Shown: positions 13,428 through 26,488 of the stretch, one piece after another
Numbering within the stretch: position 1 is the stretch's first letter
Layout: each line of letters opens with the position of its first letter
From: Harriotta raleighana
Taxonomy: Eukaryota
Length of the DNA: 64,000 nucleotides
Assembly (NCBI GenBank): GCA_050575255.1
Contig: JBNZDD010013718.1
Location: 7,370,579-7,434,578, forward strand
Direction: 5' to 3'
Notes under the pieces: model-generated
Databases searched by the model: none
What the model saw: only the letters and a program-made list of their open reading frames with translations
What the model was told of the DNA's origin: nothing
Position numbers and translations under genes: made by a program

Positions 13428-14159
13428 CTGGAGTAAAAACCATTAAAAAAAAAGGCACAAATCAACATCAATCAAATACTCAAACGGCAGCCATTGATTT
13501 TTGTATGAACTCTTAACAAAAGCTTTCCGTTACTGGAATTAAAAACATTTAAATGACTGACGATTAAGGATTAATAGGTCTCGGGGGTAATTCATGGCAA
13601 TATATACTAAACATAAATCACTCAAGAGCCTATTTCTAATTATATACAAAATTACATTAAGTAAGATAGGCTGCATTGCAATGCAAAAAATGTAGTTTAT
13701 AAGAATTATTTTAATACATAATTTATATGGGAACATAGGATAACAATCATGTCTGCTCTACTATTTTATTAGAGCACTGTAGCTCTTTATACATTTAATC
13801 CCATTTCTCCACTCTTCCTCCAAATTTCTCAATATCCTTACTTCCTAAGCACCTGTACATATACACACACACAGAGTTATGCAAAAAGGAAATTTATAAA
13901 ATGCAACATTAGATAACAAATTGCAACAGGAAGATGAATAAAAATCCATTGTGAATAAGAAAGGAACTTAATCTAGTTTAATGTATGCACTATTGGATAC
14001 ACATGCATCTGGACCTCTGCTGGGAATAAACTAAGAGACAGGTATCAATAATAGATTGAACATTCCAACTACACATCCTTGGTTTAACTAAAATAATCTT
14101 TATCATGCAAAATAATCATCATTTTCACAAGAATGGAATTATCTGATTTGAACAGGGAG

Positions 14160-14330
14160 GACAGTGGAGGCCTCAGTTTCCATGAGCAGGAGGGATTCAG
14201 TGAGAGGGCCAGCCAGCAAGTATATGTGTCAATGCCAGGGCAGAAGAGAATCTAGCTTGGCTGAGATGCACCTATCATCTGATAAACTGCCAACACTCAC
14301 AGTGAATGCTCTCACATGAAAACATGTATT
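14160..14330 (+). mobile_element. Degenerate LF-SINE fragment
   Basis: ggcctcag...cttggctgagatgc...ctgccaacactcacagtg...ctcacatgaaaa. Confidence 0.5.
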
Positions 14331-14470
14331 GTTTTTAATCAGTTGTGCACCTGTCTCACATAGAATCCTATCACCATGCTTAATGTGACCATCATCAGAT
14401 CATTCGGTGTAAAACTTCACCACTGTTCGATTCTCCGAGACATACTCCCCTATCCCCACCTGCATAAATT

Positions 14471-14837
14471 GGAGTTGTGCAGCTCAGTGGTTAGTGCACT
14501 CATCTCGCAAGTGAGAGACCTGAGTTTGACTCCCCTGCAGGGCGAAATGTTGGGCAAGTTTCCTTACTCCACACGCCTCTGTTCACCTATCAGTAAGTAG
14601 GAATCCAGTTATTTGTTGATTTGCGGATTGCTTTTCCGGGGTAATAATTCCTTTAAAAAAATTGGTCACTTCAATCCATGACTATTGTGGGATTCTACTG
14701 TGTGCAATTGCCTGCTGCATTTTGCCCCAAAATATACAGTCAATTCACTTTACATTTATTCTGTATGTTCTGTGAAGCACTTTGAGGCATCTCGAAGAAC
14801 TGATAAGGTGCTGTATCAAATGCAAGGATTATTATTA
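14471..14837 (+). mobile_element. tRNA-derived SINE, long subfamily, full length
   Basis: A-box agctcagtggttag, degenerate B-box gagtttgactcc, body tttccttactccacacgcct, and tail atcaaatgcaaggatt(att)n. Confidence 0.88.
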
Positions 14838-15319
14838 TAATTAATATTAATTTTATTATGGGTACTTATGAGTATCCAAACCAAATGGAATTAGGTGAGC
14901 AGAATCAAATGGATCCATCTATCCCAGATTTAGATGATGTGCAAATGCTGGTCAGGCTTTCAAGGAAAAGCTCTAGACCTCTAGATCAAGAATATGCAAT
15001 CAGTTACTCTTAGTGGTCAATAAAATAGGAAATGTGGATGGGAAATGTGCAGAATTTGCCATGAATTATTGAGATCAGAAAGGAATCAATGGGAGGAATA
15101 ATATACAGAGGATTGTCAGTGTGAGGGATAAGCACATAGAAACATTATTTGCTTCTGCCCCAAGTAGAGAAGGGTTCAGCAATATGGAAGTGTTTTTTCT
15201 TTTGCAGAAATATAGATGTGGCTCACCAGTCACACATTGATGTGGGGGGGGAAAAAAAACAACTTTATTTTAATACAATATATTAAATTTAAATGTAATT
15301 AAAATTTAATATATAAAAT

Positions 15320-15650
15320 CGGCCTGTCGCCCCCTCCGCTTAGCAGACTCTGGTCTGCTCTGGGTCCACCGCCCTAACCACCCAACCATCGGTGGCTGGG
15401 CTTTCAGCCTCTCTGCCCCCACATTCTGGAATTCCATCCCGCAATCTCTTTGCCTCATTTCCTCCCTTCCCTCCTTCAGGGCCGGTCTCAATACCTTCCT
15501 CTTCCAACCCTGCCTTCAGCTCCCCTCCTAACTTTTCCCCCCTTTCCTACTCTCCTTCCCCTTCCCCCTACCCCGACCTCCCCCCCACTCAGGTCCTAAC
15601 CTGATTTGTTCAGTGCCTCGCGACATGAAAGGCGCTCTATAAGTGTAATT
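15320..15650 (+). mobile_element. L2 LINE 3' end (family A)
   Basis: Same sequence family as 19830-20320; ends gacatgaaaggcgctctataagtgtaatt. Confidence 0.85.
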
Positions 15651-16966
15651 AGCTTTGCTAATCAAGAAAAGTTCAATCCTGTTGGAAAATGTGCGCTAGT
15701 GATGTACACAGGATCACATATATTCAATGCCAAGGTAAACACAAGAAGAATGGCTAATTGAGTTTAGAAATAGGTTATCTGTGTAAGGGAGGAGGAAGCC
15801 ATCAAGAGCTCTTCGTGATACGAGTTAGTAAACTGGCCGAAGGAAACACAAGAGATAAAATCACAAACGTACAGAAAAAACGCTGGTTGTTGCGAATGTC
15901 TTCATGAATGCTGTATTCATTGCTGGTTTGCATCGGATTGTACATGCTATGAGAACAGTAAAGAGATCTCTGTCACCTGACATTTAGATTTTATTGCAAA
16001 GTGGGTTAATCTCTTCTTTACCAATTACATCAGGATCCGTGACAGATATGGAGCTGGCTTCAGAAATATGCAAATCTTTAAGTGCTTATATTGCCTGAAA
16101 CATTCATACCTCCAATGAAGGAGTACGAGGAGGGTTTCTACCCAATCAGCCAATTAATATTTATCAGTGTCCATGAGTAAACCTTCCCCACTCAACCTTT
16201 GTTCAATGGTTGTGTTGGAAGCCACCAAAGGAGTTATCAGGCATTCAAATCCATGTGCTGGTGTTACACAGGACTCAGTTATCAGATTCGCTGTGAGTGT
16301 AGAACTTAATTGCTTTACCTTATAGCTCTGCCACAGATGCCACAGCTTCCCAAAACAATGTAATGCAAAGGGAGCACTAAATCTGAATCTCTGGCTCGTG
16401 AAAGGCCTATAAACTGAACAGGAGTGAATAAGAGTACTCAATTCAAATGAATGCCCATTCATAGTATGCTAGTACGGTATTGCTTTTGATGCAATTAGAA
16501 ACTGCTAGTAACAAATACATATGGAGAATATTGAGTGAGATGTACGTGCCTTGTATTGGCTACGAAATGTTAATGCCAAATGGGGGGTGGGGGAATCTTA
16601 ATGCACAGCAATGCGTCGCATGGTGTCTGCTTCCAATGGAAAGCCAAATGTGGCACATTACTTCTAATTTAGCTGAGATCAGCTAACGCAGCCCAGGCCA
16701 AGTTTCAATGTTTGGACTTCCCTTGCCTTTATTTGTACATCACATTCACTCCGGATCTAAGGTTTGAGATTTGCAAAATGATGTCAATAACAGATCTGGA
16801 ACTCTGCTCAGACTCTGCTCCAATCTCCTACAAAGAGCCTTCTTTAATTGCAATTCAACAAAGAGAAACAGTGAGATAGGTCAGCCTGAGATAGATCTGG
16901 GCACCTGCAGTATTTGCAAGTTCAAAGTTCTGCTGCAAATTTCTAAAGTTTTCTATAAGGGATTAC

Positions 16967-17076
16967 CTGTATCAACTCCACATGGTAATGATGAAACATC
17001 TGAAGGTAGGACACAGGCACACGGTAGCTGGCCAATAGTTCCTTGCTTCTGCTGTCAGCGACACTCAGAATCAGCA
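16967..17076 (-). CDS. CCDC33: CCDC33 coding exon 6 (VLILSVADSRSKELLASYRVPVSYLQMFHHYHVELIQ)
   Basis: Acceptor tttttcattgtgtcacag|, donor cag|gtaatc, 110 nt, phase 1 to 0. Matches recalled [34 protein letters not shown]. Confidence 0.92.
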
Positions 17077-17136
17077 CTGTGACACAATGAAAAAGCAAGA
17101 AGCTTCACGTGCGAACACTGGAATTTAGTCACACCC

Positions 17137-17428
17137 AATAATTATAACAATCCTGCATTTGATAAAGCGCCTTATCTGCAGCCATTGGCGCACAGCAGTG
17201 TCGCACAAACAGTCAGGAATTGAGTGATCAATTTGTTTTTTTTAAATGGAATTATTGGCCACAGAAAAATGATCCGCTAGTCAATTAACAACTGGGTTCC
17301 TACTTACTGCAAAGTAAACAGCGGTGTGTGGAGTAAGGAAACTTATCCAATGTTTCGCCCTAACGGGAATCAAACCCAGGTCTCTCACTTGCAAGGCAAG
17401 GGCTCTAACCACTGAGTTACAGCACTCC
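17137..17428 (-). mobile_element. tRNA-derived SINE, long subfamily, internally deleted
   Basis: Reverse complement begins ggagtgctgtaactcagtggttagagc and shares the long insert with the 14471 copy. Confidence 0.85.
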
Positions 17429-18759
17429 AATGCAATAAGCCTGAGGCATTCCAATATTTTCACATGGAAAGCTCATTTATCTGAGCAGATCAACAAACTC
17501 CAAACTTCTATTTCGTAAAACAATTTTAGGAATGTTTCAAAGTCAATAATAATTCTTGTATTTGACATGGCGCAAAACATTTCAAAGGTTTTACTGCAAA
17601 GTGTAGTGAATGTATTTTGTAGACAAATGTGACAGCCAATTTGCATACATCAATGCTCCACAAACAGGCATAAAGTGAATGAACAGTTTTATCTGTGGGG
17701 GTGGGGGGTATTGGGCTATAATGGTAGATGGCAGAGCCATCAGGGAATGGTGGTGGGAAGCTTTTCTCCTGGAGATTGTACAAAGAGATGCAATGCTCAA
17801 TTATTTGGGGGATCATGGGAGGGAGTTCGTTTGGATTTTTTTTCATTCACATCTCATGCTATTACATGATGACTGGGTTAATTGGGTACATTTTGGTGAC
17901 CCCCCAAGAGATAGCATTTGAATAGGTCAGGAGCATGTACAATGAATTGGGGCAAATCTAATACTCGCTATCTGTGAATACGCACCTCAGCATGCAATCG
18001 ATCAGCAATAAGAGAACATTAATAAGAGGCAATAAGTGGTTTATTTTGTGCTCAGGTAGTTGAAGCTCAATGTTGGGGGCAATGTTGATGTCTACACTGC
18101 ATCCACTCCACACATGAACAATAATGTGGGTGAGGGGAAGAAATCAATTAACACACACTATCATCTGACTGCGTTCAGAAACCGGACTAAAGATAACAGA
18201 AATCAAAACCTACTGACATTTCTATAATTCATGGCTGGCCTTTCAAAGCCGATGCTGTGACAGAAATGGAAGGCTGCCAAACTTAATCTAGTTTGTGGCT
18301 CTTAACACCAGACAGACAAAGGTTATCTCCTCAGTCAGTCTTTTCTAGGCTGGATGCAAACCCGATGAAGGACATTAGTGTTGATCACTGCATCGAATCA
18401 TAAGAACAAATTGAATTGAACCAAGTTTCATCCTTCCGCTTACTGCTGTGACCATGCCTTCCTGTCTCAGTGGGGGCAATTTGAGAGATTGGCAAAATGA
18501 TTGTTGAAAAAGCAAATCTTGCAGGCATTCGGACATGGCTCAGGCCAATTCTCTAACCACCACTGTCTAAGGATCCCAACTCCTTCTGGTATCTCAAGGG
18601 ATTTCACAAAGTCCTGCAAGAACACCCAATATGGAGTTCTCCTGGGCTACTGTGATTCATTTTCGTTTTCTTTCGGATTCTTTATTTAAATGTAATACTA
18701 GAAACTAATGCATATAAAACCCTACAGTGGAAGTATCAGCATGTTAGTAAACAGCTGGA

Positions 18760-19250
18760 TCATTCCTAACTTGAGAAGACAGAATACCTGTAGCTGGGAG
18801 CCAGCAGAGGGCTGGGAAAAAATGACACAGATGTAGCCATAAGAAATGAGAATAAAGATTTTGAAAAGAATGTCCCGGGGGATAGACAGGGAGCTAATTG
18901 AAAATAGCAGAGATAGGAGTTGGTGGGAGTTTGGACAGGGCAAGACTTTGAATTAGTTGACATTTGTGTGGAATGAAGCTTGTGAAGAAAGCCTTGAGGA
19001 AATCTTGTGTCAATGTGATGAAGGTACAGTTAAAAGGTTTCAGCAGCAGTGGTGAGGAGATAGGGACAATACTTCAGACTGGCCAGGTATTGAATACAAG
19101 GCTTGAAACCCATCTCAGAGTTGAACAAAATGCTGAAATTCTACTGGGTTTAGATGAGCAACCAACCAGAGGTTAATGGAGTCAATACCATGACAACGTT
19201 GGAGGAGATAGCTTCAATTTCAAGGAAACCGAAGTTGGAATACAATGCGC
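18760..19250 (-). mobile_element. Degenerate L2 RT fragment
   Basis: Minus frames give ...SLSIPRDILFKIFILI... and an LGV-like segment; pyrimidine-rich L2 composition. Confidence 0.5.
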
Positions 19251-19829
19251 TGAAAATGTGGATTAAGAAAAGCACTGGCACACAAGAGTATAGAAATTAG
19301 CTTTTAATGTTTGGCTTTGGTTTAGCCATCAAAACACCATTCATTTCATCAGGTTATCTCTAACTGATCCTTTGCTTCCTAAGCAGCCCAGCTGTTGTTA
19401 GCTCCTAACTCTTCAGCTTGGCTGGCTCCAGCTATGAATTAATTGCTCTTTTACTTCCTCCTACTCATTAACTACTACCAGCTGCTGGTAAACTCATGTG
19501 CCTGGACTGTGTTTGCAAAAATTATTACAAAAGCATCTTTTCTGCTTCGATTTAGTTAAGCAAATTTTAAATTCAGTTCAGACGCTTCATTAATGTAGAT
19601 AGTGATGCCAACGTTTATACTAGATAAGTCACTGCAGGGAAGTTGATGCTTTAACCAGAGGAGGTTGCTTGTAATCAAGGCATTACTCACTGGGGGAGAC
19701 TAGAGATGTATTGCTGAGAAGAATCATGAAGATGATGGTGTTAGAGAAATGAGCTGTGAGAATCAATTGGATAAAGATAAGCCTCAAAAGAGATATTTCA
19801 TAGCGGGCCTTAGAGGAAGTATGTTAGAT

Positions 19830-20320
19830 GCTAAATCCGCGACCACATCACTCCCACCCTCGCCTGTCTCCACTGGCTCCCCATCCCCCAGAGGATCAAC
19901 TTCAAGATCCTCATCCTCACCTTCAAGGCCATTCACGGCCTATCTCTCTGACCTGCTGTCTCCCTAACAGCCTGCCCGCACCCTCCGTTCAGCAGACTCA
20001 GGCCTGCTCTGCGTCCACCGCCCTAACCACCCAACCATCGGTGGCCAGGCTTTCAACCTCTCTGCCCCCACACTCTGGAATTCCATCCCGCAGTCCCTCC
20101 ACCTTGCTTCCTTCCTTTCCTCCTTCAAGGCTGGTCTCAAGACCTTCCTCTTCGACCGAGCCTTCGGTTCCCCCTCACCCTAATTCTTCCCACTCTCCTT
20201 CCCCCTCCCACTATCCCCAATCCCCCCTTGCTCGGGTCCCGACCTTCTGTTCAGCGCTTTGGGACGTTCTCCCGACGTGAAAGGCGCTTTACAAGTATAA
20301 TTTTGTTGTTGTAGTTGTAA
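19830..20320 (+). mobile_element. L2 LINE 3' end (family A), well preserved
   Basis: DHITPTLACLHWLPIPQRINFKILILTFKA-like coding sequence, then tail gggacgttctcccgacgtgaaaggcgctttacaagtataattttgttgttg. Confidence 0.9.
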
Positions 20321-22410
20321 ATGGAATAGACCCAAAGTTACACTCAAATACAGCAAGGCAAGGGCAGCCAAAGAATTCACAAGTTCAGAGTTGTGAATAC
20401 CAGGTTTAAGAGACACACCAGAATTTATTTCTTAAGACGGAGGTTAATCAACAGCAGGAACACGTTACCGGGAAAAGTGATTAAATGTAGAGGCACGAGG
20501 TGTATAAGAAACAGCCCAATGCTGAAAAGAGAGGTGGAAGAGGTGGTTTTCTGATAGAACAAGATCAAAAAGGAAAGATGAGAATATCACAACAAATCAA
20601 AGTCACAGTTAGCACAGCAACTTCTAGTTTGCAAATGCCTCATTTTAGAGAGCCAATGAACCAATCGATTTGTCATTTTGCTTGGTGAAGATCCAATGGG
20701 GGTAGAATTTCCGCCTCCGGGTTTTATAGACTCTCTCAAACATTTCAACATCCCTATTTATAAGCACATCCCTGCAGCACTGCCACTGACATTCAGAGCG
20801 GGCAGGAATATCATTAATAATAATAAGGGCCAATCATGTCTGCCAACCTGATCTTTGACCCCCTCAAACTACAACTCGGTCAATAATCTATGAGTTGTAG
20901 CATTAACTCACAGTGCTTCCAAAAGTCATACTCAAATCGAGGAAAAACAAAACACAAACCTCAAATCTATCGGAAGATGTGCATGAGCCGAAAAAAATAC
21001 AATTCCACTCGAAAACAATACAACAACAACAAAAATACATCTGTATTCGAGGCAGGAAAATTGGTATTATCTCATAAACATTGACAGCACAAAAGTCTGA
21101 CAGTGCAACCTTTAATGAGGGCATTACCTTCAAATTTGTAGTGTGAGCATCGTGTTGTAGAACACCACAAATGCTGAAACGTTCATTTGTCCTGTAAGTG
21201 CCGTTTTTGCTGACTGAATAAGCATGCTGGGCACATACCAACAGTCATTTCACAGCATTACTCCAGCAGCTATTAAATGCTGAAGAGACTGCAATCAGGC
21301 TGCTAGCTGCACCTTCATACACATCATAATTAGCTACCAGAGCACAAAATTGCCTTTCCACTTTAAAAAAAAAGACTTTTAAAAAAAAGTCATTTTCACA
21401 TGAATAAATGTATTCGGTTGCAATCAATGACACCGCCTACTGGCTTTTTATCCCTCACCACGACACTCTGTTGTGCAAAGAGCAGCAAAGTGCATCGATT
21501 ATAATGACAGTATGGAGAAAGACGAGGTCAATGTCGTCAGTCAGTCCCTCCAATCATTGCCCATTTTCAATGGGTTAAGTGATGAAACAGGATAGTGCTA
21601 GCTTCCCAATCTTTGTTATGTGCACACAGACATGAACACTCACTTTAAATGGATTGTGGTGTCCAAACAGAGAGAGAACAACAGAGCAAAACTGGATAGC
21701 ACCACTACAAATATATACGTAGTTTTAAAAAATGGCAGGGTTAATCTCAATGTTATAATTCAAAAGGGCTTTTGGATTTTCATGTTTCTAAGCAAGGTGT
21801 ATGTGTCATTTACGAAAGCAGACTGTTGTCTGTATGATCACACACAGATATTTGTATACACTGACCCTATTATAACACAGTAAGTAGAGTCTATAAAATG
21901 GGACCCCAGGATTATAGCATTGCAGAACGGATGTTTGTCAGCATTTCCAGGATGGTCGGAGGGACCACACCTTGCTCCACTTGTGCATACAAATGTCGGC
22001 AAGTTCAGCCCCGACTGCTTTGTCAAGCATTTGGGGGGATTGTTAGGATTCTGCTAATCTCTAGAATTGTGCTGTGCTTATGTTTCATGTGCAGGAAACT
22101 ACAGTCTTATTAATGGATAAATGATTCAATTTCAGACGTATTGCCAATCCTCCCCAAACCAAGTACAGTACCTGTACAACATTAAGCCCTTTCAAATGGT
22201 TTGGACAGGAACACTATGGTTCCTAACAACATTTAAAAATCACTCGATTTTAGCTCTGCAGTTGACGCTCACTTTCTCCTCAATACCCCAAATTATGTTA
22301 ATGATGTCAATTTACATAATTAATGTTCTGGATAGAAATTCTAGCCCATGGAGCGCATGGAGATGCCAACCAACGCTTAACAGAAAGAATGGACACATTC
22401 CCCCTATTTT

Positions 22411-22415
<5 letters not shown>

Positions 22416-22444
<29 letters not shown>
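22416..22444. repeat. (AC)n microsatellite
   Basis: About 14 AC units, read directly. Confidence 0.95.
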
Positions 22445-22446
<2 letters not shown>

Positions 22447-22466
22447 CTCTCTCTTACATAACATAC

Positions 22467-22806
22467 AAATAATAATAATAATAATAATCCTTGCATTTGA
22501 TATAGCGCTTTTCACATCTTATCAACGTCCCAAAGCGCTTCACAGAATATACTGTAAAGTGAATTGACTGTATATTTGTGGGCGGAACGCGGCAGCCAAT
22601 TGCGCACAGCAGTGTCCCACAAACAGTCGTGGATTGAAATGACCAATTTTATTATTGTAGTTTTTTTTTGGAGGGATTATTATTAGGCATGTGGAATAAG
22701 GAAACTTGTCCAAGGTTTCGCCCTGATCTGCCTGGATTCGAACACAGGTCTCATGCTTGTAAGGCATGTAAGGCGAGTGCTCTAACCACTGAGCCACAGG
22801 AGCTCC
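22467..22806 (-). mobile_element. tRNA-derived SINE, short subfamily, full length (carries ttacatgcc duplication)
   Basis: Reverse complement: ggagctcctgtggctcagtggttagagcactcgcc...gttcgaatcc...aagcgctatatcaaatgcaaggatt(att)n. Confidence 0.92.
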
Positions 22807-22979
22807 ACAGCCACAGGAGCACCAAATAAAAGTGAGTCAGTTTTACTAATGGCTCAAAATGGAACCGAGCTATGCAAGCCAGGAAACTTGGTATATTACA
22901 ATTTGAGGCTAATAGTAGTGTCTCAGCACTGACCAAAGATGGAACGGACAAGCATGTAAAGAGGGGATCAAACTCTTAC

Positions 22980-23107
22980 CTTCTTCTGTCTCAGCATCTA
23001 CCTCCAGAGTTAACTTCTCCTCCCAAGATGGAGAGTGTGTTGGCTGCACGGTTGCGTGGGTAACACCCTGAGCTTCACACTGTTTGTCCTCATCGGACCC
23101 GCTCTTT
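22980..23107 (-). CDS. CCDC33: CCDC33 coding exon 5 (KSGSDEDKQCEAQGVTHATVQPTHSPSWEEKLTLEVDAETEE)
   Basis: Acceptor ttttcatttttag|, donor gaag|gtaaga, 128 nt, phase 2 to 1. C2 motif PT.sP.W.E. Confidence 0.9.
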
Positions 23108-24824
23108 CTAAAAATGAAAAGTAATTGAAACTTCTTATTGCACAACGAATGCTCATTTTTATTCAGCTGCAAGTATTACGAACACCATATTGTTGGGTAT
23201 GCTTCTCAGTTAAAATATCTTAATCTTCTCTCCACCCCAGTGGAATCAAACCTATTTTTAAGATTGCAAATACTCTGATTGCATGGGAGGTGCACAGCTT
23301 GAGCAGATTATTAAACACAACCTTTGCACTACCAAATGCAAGAATTATTAATAGTGTTGTATACATTCATCACTGCAAGCTGTCCTGGACCGAACCAGTG
23401 AGGGATTGCAATGCCATGCTGAACCCATATACAGTATTTAGGTCTTTACCAATCTATTATATGAGCTATCCACTTCCACCACACATTATGAGTCCCCAAA
23501 GTATTACTTCTACCCTATTCACAGAGCTGGTCATCAGAATTTATCACTTGTGAGTCAACTCCAGCAATGTGAATCATGTCTCGTGGAGTCTAATTTAAAA
23601 AAAACTAAAGTGTAAAATACATGTTGATATAAAATGCATTGGACTCCAGAGTATTGCAATACTGAATTCACTGTAGAAGCATCAAGAAACAGCCAACAAC
23701 TGAATGCCTCAGCCCCTCTCCTTTTTGAAGGGCTTAATATTTCTCAGCAACAGGAGAAAGAAAGGGTGTAGTGTCCATTAGTTGCCCTCCAGACCTTGTG
23801 AGATTCTCAGCGGCTAATCCTGCTGACTTAATGTTGTGCTTCTTTCAGGGATCAGTGTTGTAACAGGATGGGCAATCTCTACGTTCAGAAAGTCATATGA
23901 ATAGGCTCACTTGCAAAGGGATTAGCATTAGTTCAGGTCCCCGAGGCAGGACGGGTAACGACCAGCCACTACTAATCATATGAAATCAATTCCACACATA
24001 CACAGTCTCATTATACAGACCCTTTCTTTGCTTCCACTCTGTTGCAAGCAAAACCTACAAATTTTTAAACAACAACGTGTTCAATGGTGCCTGTTGATGC
24101 TACATTTGACAGCAAACTTGCAAAGGGTGTTCCAGAGCTTCACACGGAGCTCACAAGATTGAAGGTCAGAGGCCAGAGACTCCACCCGGTCATCTGTTAT
24201 TATATCATAATGTCGCAAAATTTAAGATTAAGCAGAATTCATAAATTCTTACCCTGGGAGCCAACTTTTTTCAAGAAACTCAGGAAGCCAGTTGCCAAAG
24301 TTGCACCGAATATATTCTTTTCCTACAATTCTACTTGATCTTCAAATCAATCTCCAATTTTTAAACAATATGCCCTGACTGGCTAAGACTGAGGGCAATT
24401 TGATGCTTCAGGGGTTTGCGGTTTATTGGGATCTAAGCAATAAATCAGGGCAATAGATATTTTGTGGGCTTTGCTTGGACCAGAGTAGAAGCGCTCTAGG
24501 ACACTATCTCGTATGAAAGGTGCGAATGTAAATACAAGTTGCTGTTGTTGTGACTGATTACCAAAAAGCTTCCAATATTTGTTGAGAGTTTGTGATTGTG
24601 CAACTTTACTCCAGAGCTCCACTGCTCATGAATTAACTTTACAGATAAAGTACTATAGATTTTCTGTGTTGTATGAAGACTCGTCCCAGTCTTGTTCTAT
24701 GCTTTCTTTTGCCCTTGGGAAGTGATAAAAGGCACCACTTGATGCAGCATTGAGATATCTTGAAGAAGTGAAAAGCGCTATATCAAATGCAAAGATTATT
24801 ATTATTATTATATACTGTCCAGGA

Positions 24825-25210
24825 AGATGCCAGATTTGTTCTGTGCTGAGTTACCTCATCTTGTCGGGACCATTTCTAGGTACTATAATGAGGCTCGACA
24901 TTCCAGGTTCTCAATACCAATTTCTATCTAGGGAAATCCTGCTGCAAACCACAGGTGTGTGGATTGGATCAGTTCACAAACACAATATATATTAAACATA
25001 ATAATACTTACATTTGATATTGTACCTTAACACTTCATTGAGACACACGGAGGAGCTTCATAGTGTATTTTGTGGGTAAACTATTTTATAAATTTTGCCA
25101 ACACAGTCTGGGCTCTCAGTAGGGTATTGACTATTTGGGCAAGGTAGTGGAGAGAGTTTAGAAATGCACAGGTCAGTAGGAGTCAATGCCTTCACGAGAG
25201 GGGAAGAGAA
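24825..25210 (+). mobile_element. Interrupted LF-SINE-like fragments
   Basis: tctgtgctgagttacctcatct...cctgctgcaaa...gtgtgtgga, and later ttgggcaaggta...ggagtcaatgccttcacgagaggggaag. Confidence 0.5.
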
Positions 25211-25659
25211 TAGACTCATGAAAGGCTAAATAAACTTAACATATTGCATAAAATTGTAAAATTAAGTACATGTTTGTTTCATTATTTTAATGCAGCAGAT
25301 TTAAAGGTTAACTCCATTGTTTGTGTTCATTAAACTAAAAACCAGCAGTTTTATATACTCAGAACTCGGAGGGCACATCAACACTGTATGAATAAGGATT
25401 GTTAATTTTACATTCTGTTCACTGTCCCTTAACGGACACATACCCACAAGGGAGTTCTACACAGGAGGCTGGGAACTGCCTTTCATGTGTGACACTTGCT
25501 CTCTGTATTGTATTACAGAGATGGAAACAGGGGGTTAAAAATGTGTGATAACCATCACTGGGGATGAGTGATATGATAGTTATTAATGGTAATAATCACA
25601 TCACCATAATTTCCCTCCCCCTATAAGCCACTGAGTCTCCTGCAGAGCATAGTAAACCA

Positions 25660-25875
25660 ATGCTGCCCAAGAAGTGGATGTGCCTTCAGTCTCTCTGGCC
25701 CCACCTTCTGAAACTCCATACCAGATTCCCTTCTCCTCGTTCACTCCCTTGCCTCCTTCAAGGCCCCCCGCCCCACCAATCATCGGGTCCTAATCCCTGC
25801 TTGTTCAATGCCTTGAGACATCCTACAAACATGAAAGCCACTTTACAAATATAATTTTGTATTGTATTTTTGTTG
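25660..25875 (+). mobile_element. L2 3' end fragment (family A)
   Basis: gccttcagtctctctggccccaccttctgaaactccat...catgaaagccactttacaaatataattttgt. Confidence 0.75.
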
Positions 25876-25958
25876 TGTTCCGGGGTAAAATTCCCAGTTA
25901 TTTTCAACTCTCAACGATTAGCAAGAAACTAGAGTTCAAGTATAAGCTCTAAACACAC

Positions 25959-26283
25959 AGCTCCTGTGGCTCAGTGGTTAGAGCACTCGCCTTACATGCC
26001 TTACAAGCATGAGACATGTGTTCGAATCCAGGCAGATCAGGGCAAAACCGTGGGCAAATTTCCTTACTCCACATGCCTCATAATAGTCCCTCCAAAAAAA
26101 CTACAATAATAAAATTGGTCATTTCAAGCCCTGACTGTTTGTGGGACACTGCTGTGCGCAATTGGTTGCTGTGTTCCGCCCACAAATATACAGTCAATTC
26201 ACTTTACAGTATATTCTGTGAAGCACTTTGGGACATTGATAAGATGTGAAAAGCGCTGTATCAAATGCAAGGATTATTATTAT
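25959..26283 (+). mobile_element. tRNA-derived SINE, short subfamily, full length (carries ttacatgcc duplication)
   Basis: ctcctgtggctcagtggttagagcactcgccttacatgccttacaagc...gttcgaatcc...tcaaatgcaaggattattatt. Confidence 0.92.
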
Positions 26284-26323
26284 AACACAGATAAACTTCC
26301 AATAAATATAACTCTGTCCCTAG

Positions 26324-26488
26324 CTCCAGAGTCGTTACAATATTCTGATAGCTGGTTGAAGATGTTCAGTTTTCTCTGCAACCTGTCTGCTCTTTCACTC
26401 NAATGCCACATCTCCAGAGTCGTTACAATATTCTGATAGCTGGTTGAAGATGTTCAGTTTTCTCTGCAACCTGTCTGCTCTTTCACTC
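26324..26488. other. 77-bp exact duplication flanking a single N (probable assembly overlap)
   Basis: 26324-26400 is identical to 26412-26488; n at 26401. Confidence 0.85.

Noticed and set aside
14471-14545. tRNA-like sequence with A/B boxes, also at the heads of the other SINE copies
   Set aside because: These are SINE heads continuing into SINE bodies, with no intact cloverleaf, so not tRNA genes.
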